A DNA stretch of 38,521 nucleotides, from positions 37,826 to 76,346 of the forward strand of contig NMRA01000702.1 of NCBI GenBank assembly GCA_002633005.1, in the 5' to 3' direction. The notes beneath the pieces are model-generated. The model was not told the origin of the DNA. It was given only the letters and a program-made list of their open reading frames with translations, and made no database searches. The position numbers were made by a program, and so were the translations under genes. This stretch comes from Phoronis australis. Lineage: Eukaryota; Animalia; Phoronida. Shown here in pieces: positions 36,434-38,521 of this stretch (positions are counted from its first letter, which is position 1; the number at the start of each line of letters is the position of its first letter).

Positions 36434-36955
36434 TTGGAGGAAGATCCTCACACAGATGCAGCTTTCTCAGGGTGTAGTTACTCGAAATGGGTCTTGCTGT
36501 GGTACCGTATATCAAGGGAGTTTAGAATGTACAGGAAGTATGGGATCAGAACGGTGATGAAGCCACACACGACCATGCGCAGTGCGTTAGTACATCCGAA
36601 GGTTAAACGGGACGTTAATTACCCTAGTAGTGTTGTCTACAAAATACTTTGCGCCTCATGTGATCAAATATATATTGGCGAGACTTCTAGGAATTTTAAA
36701 TATCGCCTCAAGGAACACCAAAAAGAGGTTGAGGCGGTGACTCTTTATAAACTCACCCGGACAAAGGTACTAGAAAAGCCTCTAAGTGAGTTTAATAAAT
36801 CTGCTATCACACACCATACAAGTATAGAAAACCACATCATTGACTGGGCGGGAGTAACTATCATCGACAAAGTGGACAATCATATAAAAAGAAAGATAAG
36901 AAAGTCGACCCACATCAGAAAAGAAGTTCGCCCATGAACCGTGACGAGGATGGAT
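36434..36955 (+). mobile_element. Penelope-like retroelement fragment: GIY-YIG endonuclease
   Basis: LVHPK...VVYKILCASCDQIYIGETSRNFKYRLKEH...SAITHH...HIIDW...RKIRKSTHIR, then MNRDE(G-like) in a shifted frame. RT domain missing. Confidence 0.92.
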
Positions 36956-37155
36956 GTTGTCACGTTTTTCCCCGTGTGTGGGTGGGCGCAGGTTGTTACA
37001 GACCGGTGCTAATAGCTTTCGGTGCGACGATAGACTGAACACTGGTTCGAGTTAATCCTTTATTAATCCCGACCGTACGTTCACAAGCCTACTCAAACAA
37101 AACGTCCGACATAATGTCTGTTTATGCTCCAGCCAGTGCTGCGAAGCCTTGACTT

Positions 37156-37686
37156 GTGATGAACCTCTGAGACACGTTCAGCAACTGTTACACTCGTTAA
37201 TTCAATAACCTGCTGTCTCTATAGCTGGCTTTCTATTGACTCTCGCTGTAACTGATGATTCTCTTCACTGCAACTCAACTGTAGTTCTCCTGATTAACCT
37301 TCTTGAACTTTTGATGAACTGACTTGATCTCTCTTGAACGGACTTGATGTCCTTGGACTCAAATGACTAACACAAACCCGTGCTTGTGTATTTACAGCCT
37401 AATGCATTGTTCTAGAGCTTTTCATCAATTCAAGCACATACCAGAACTTTCTGGAACCTACCCAATCATTCTACAAACATGTACTAGTCTCCAGACTGCA
37501 TCAATCACTGTCATGCTAGAGTCTTCTAGAAAGTTCCACACTATACTGTAGTAAACAAATTACATCATCATTGTACTTAACTCAGGGGTCATGCCAATTA
37601 AATTGAAAAACAAAACAAAACAATACAACTAATAATACTGTCAGACTATATTCTGACAGATGTAAACTCAGCCCAGCTTACAACAT
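37156..37686 (-). mobile_element. Probable solo LTR
   Basis: Minus strand starts TGTTGTAA and may end ...CATCACA. Similar to 14740-15230. No TSD found. Confidence 0.45.
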
Positions 37687-37749
37687 CCTGCATACAGCGC
37701 CACCTAATATGCGCTGAGAAAGACATTAGAACAGAATAGAATAGAATAA

Positions 37750-38014
37750 TGTTGTGTACTTAGTCACACAATAACAGGATGTTTGTAGGTTGTTATTGTT
37801 TATGAGTTCAGTAGTTTAATTGGTATTATGTCATGCGATTCCTAGTATAGGAAGTGTGTCAGAGGTAACGCATCATATGTTGTTATGTAGTTGTGTGTAT
37901 ATATATTGTGATGATATGTAGAATAAATCAGTTCAGTGTTCAGTTCAATTCTGTTCGTTTCACTGCATAGTTCATGGAGTGTCTACTTTATTTGACAAAG
38001 TAAGATACACAACA
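37750..38014 (+). mobile_element. 5' LTR (265 bp) of a Ty3/Gypsy retrotransposon
   Basis: Perfect 9-bp inverted termini TGTTGTGTA...TACACAACA, internal AATAAA (37922), followed directly by a PBS and gag. Confidence 0.92.
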
Positions 38015-38015
38015 G

Positions 38016-38025
38016 TGGCGACGAG
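38016..38025 (+). promoter_or_regulatory. Primer-binding site TGGCGACGAG
   Basis: 1 nt after the LTR end. Complementary to the 3' end (CUCGUCGCCA) of tRNA-Ser(GCU). Confidence 0.85.
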
Positions 38026-38521
38026 ATGACTGCGAGCTCACAAAGTTACCTACCCCCGTTTTCCAGTGAATATGATGGTAGCGAGGAGTGGGAATGCTAC
38101 TTGGAAAGATTTGAACTGTTTCTACAAGCGAATGGGGAAACAGATTTCACGAAGAAGCAAGTGGCAGCAATGTTCTTGCATTCCATTGGCAAGAAACATT
38201 ATGGAATTGTACGGGATCTGGTCAGCCCAGCCAAACCCAACCAGAAGACATACGGAGAGTTAAAGGAGACTCTGACGAAACACTTGGCAGGACCACGACT
38301 GACAATTGCGGAACGGAGAAAGTTTATCAAACGAGACCAAAATAGAGGTGAGTCGATTACGGACTATGTAGTCGCGCTCAAACACCTCAGTCTTACCTGC
38401 AAGTTTGGTGATAAACTGGACGAGCAATTGAGGGACAGACTTATTAGCGGAATTGCTAATGAGCAGACTTCGCTAAAGTTGCTTGAGAAGTCAAGGGAAA
38501 AGGAACTGACGTTTAACGAAA
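38026..38521 (+). CDS. gag: Gypsy (Mag-like) Gag / Gag-Pol N-terminus, open to window end
   Basis: Uninterrupted 165 codons: MTASSQSYLPPF...EEWECYLERFELFLQANG...FLHSIGKKHYGIVRDLVSPAKP...IAERRKFIKRDQNRGESITDYVVALKHLSLTCKFGDKLDEQLRDRLISGI. Absent from the ORF track because there is no stop in the window. Confidence 0.93.
   Translation, partial: MTASSQSYLPPFSSEYDGSEEWECYLERFELFLQANGETDFTKKQVAAMFLHSIGKKHYGIVRDLVSPAKPNQKTYGELKETLTKHLAGPRLTIAERRKFIKRDQNRGESITDYVVALKHLSLTCKFGDKLDEQLRDRLISGIANEQTSLKLLEKSREKELTFNE

Noticed and set aside
37250-37290. CTGATGA core as a Penelope-associated hammerhead ribozyme
   Set aside because: No correctly placed GAAA or supporting stems, and it lies within the LTR-like repeat.

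Overview
AT-rich animal (probably marine invertebrate) genomic DNA with GT-AG introns, one 46-N gap and one single N. The ORF track is mostly noise because the real genes are spliced. Manual splicing gives a cluster of three paralogous three-finger (Ly6/uPAR, quiver/sleepless-like) genes. B and C each have signal-peptide exon / Cys1-5 exon / Cys6-10 + hydrophobic-tail exon, and every junction seen is phase 1. Gene A (-; exons 4534-4582, 2066-2224) lacks its last exon in the window. Gene B (-; 26928-26973, 24037-24198, 11803-12017) gives 140 aa. Gene C (+; 29764-29812, 31850-32014, 33734-33993) gives 157 aa. B and C are head-to-head. The rest is largely transposable-element debris: Tx1/L1 and RTE LINE fragments, a Penelope GIY-YIG fragment, the 5' end of a Gypsy LTR element, Crypton, Kolobok/THAP and Sola-like relics, several MITEs with visible TIRs/TSDs, a minisatellite and (GT)n microsatellites. 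The most speculative point is that inverted copies of one MITE sit in intron 2 of both B and C, so an inversion between them would swap last exons in frame. All family assignments come from motif recognition by eye; no searches were run.
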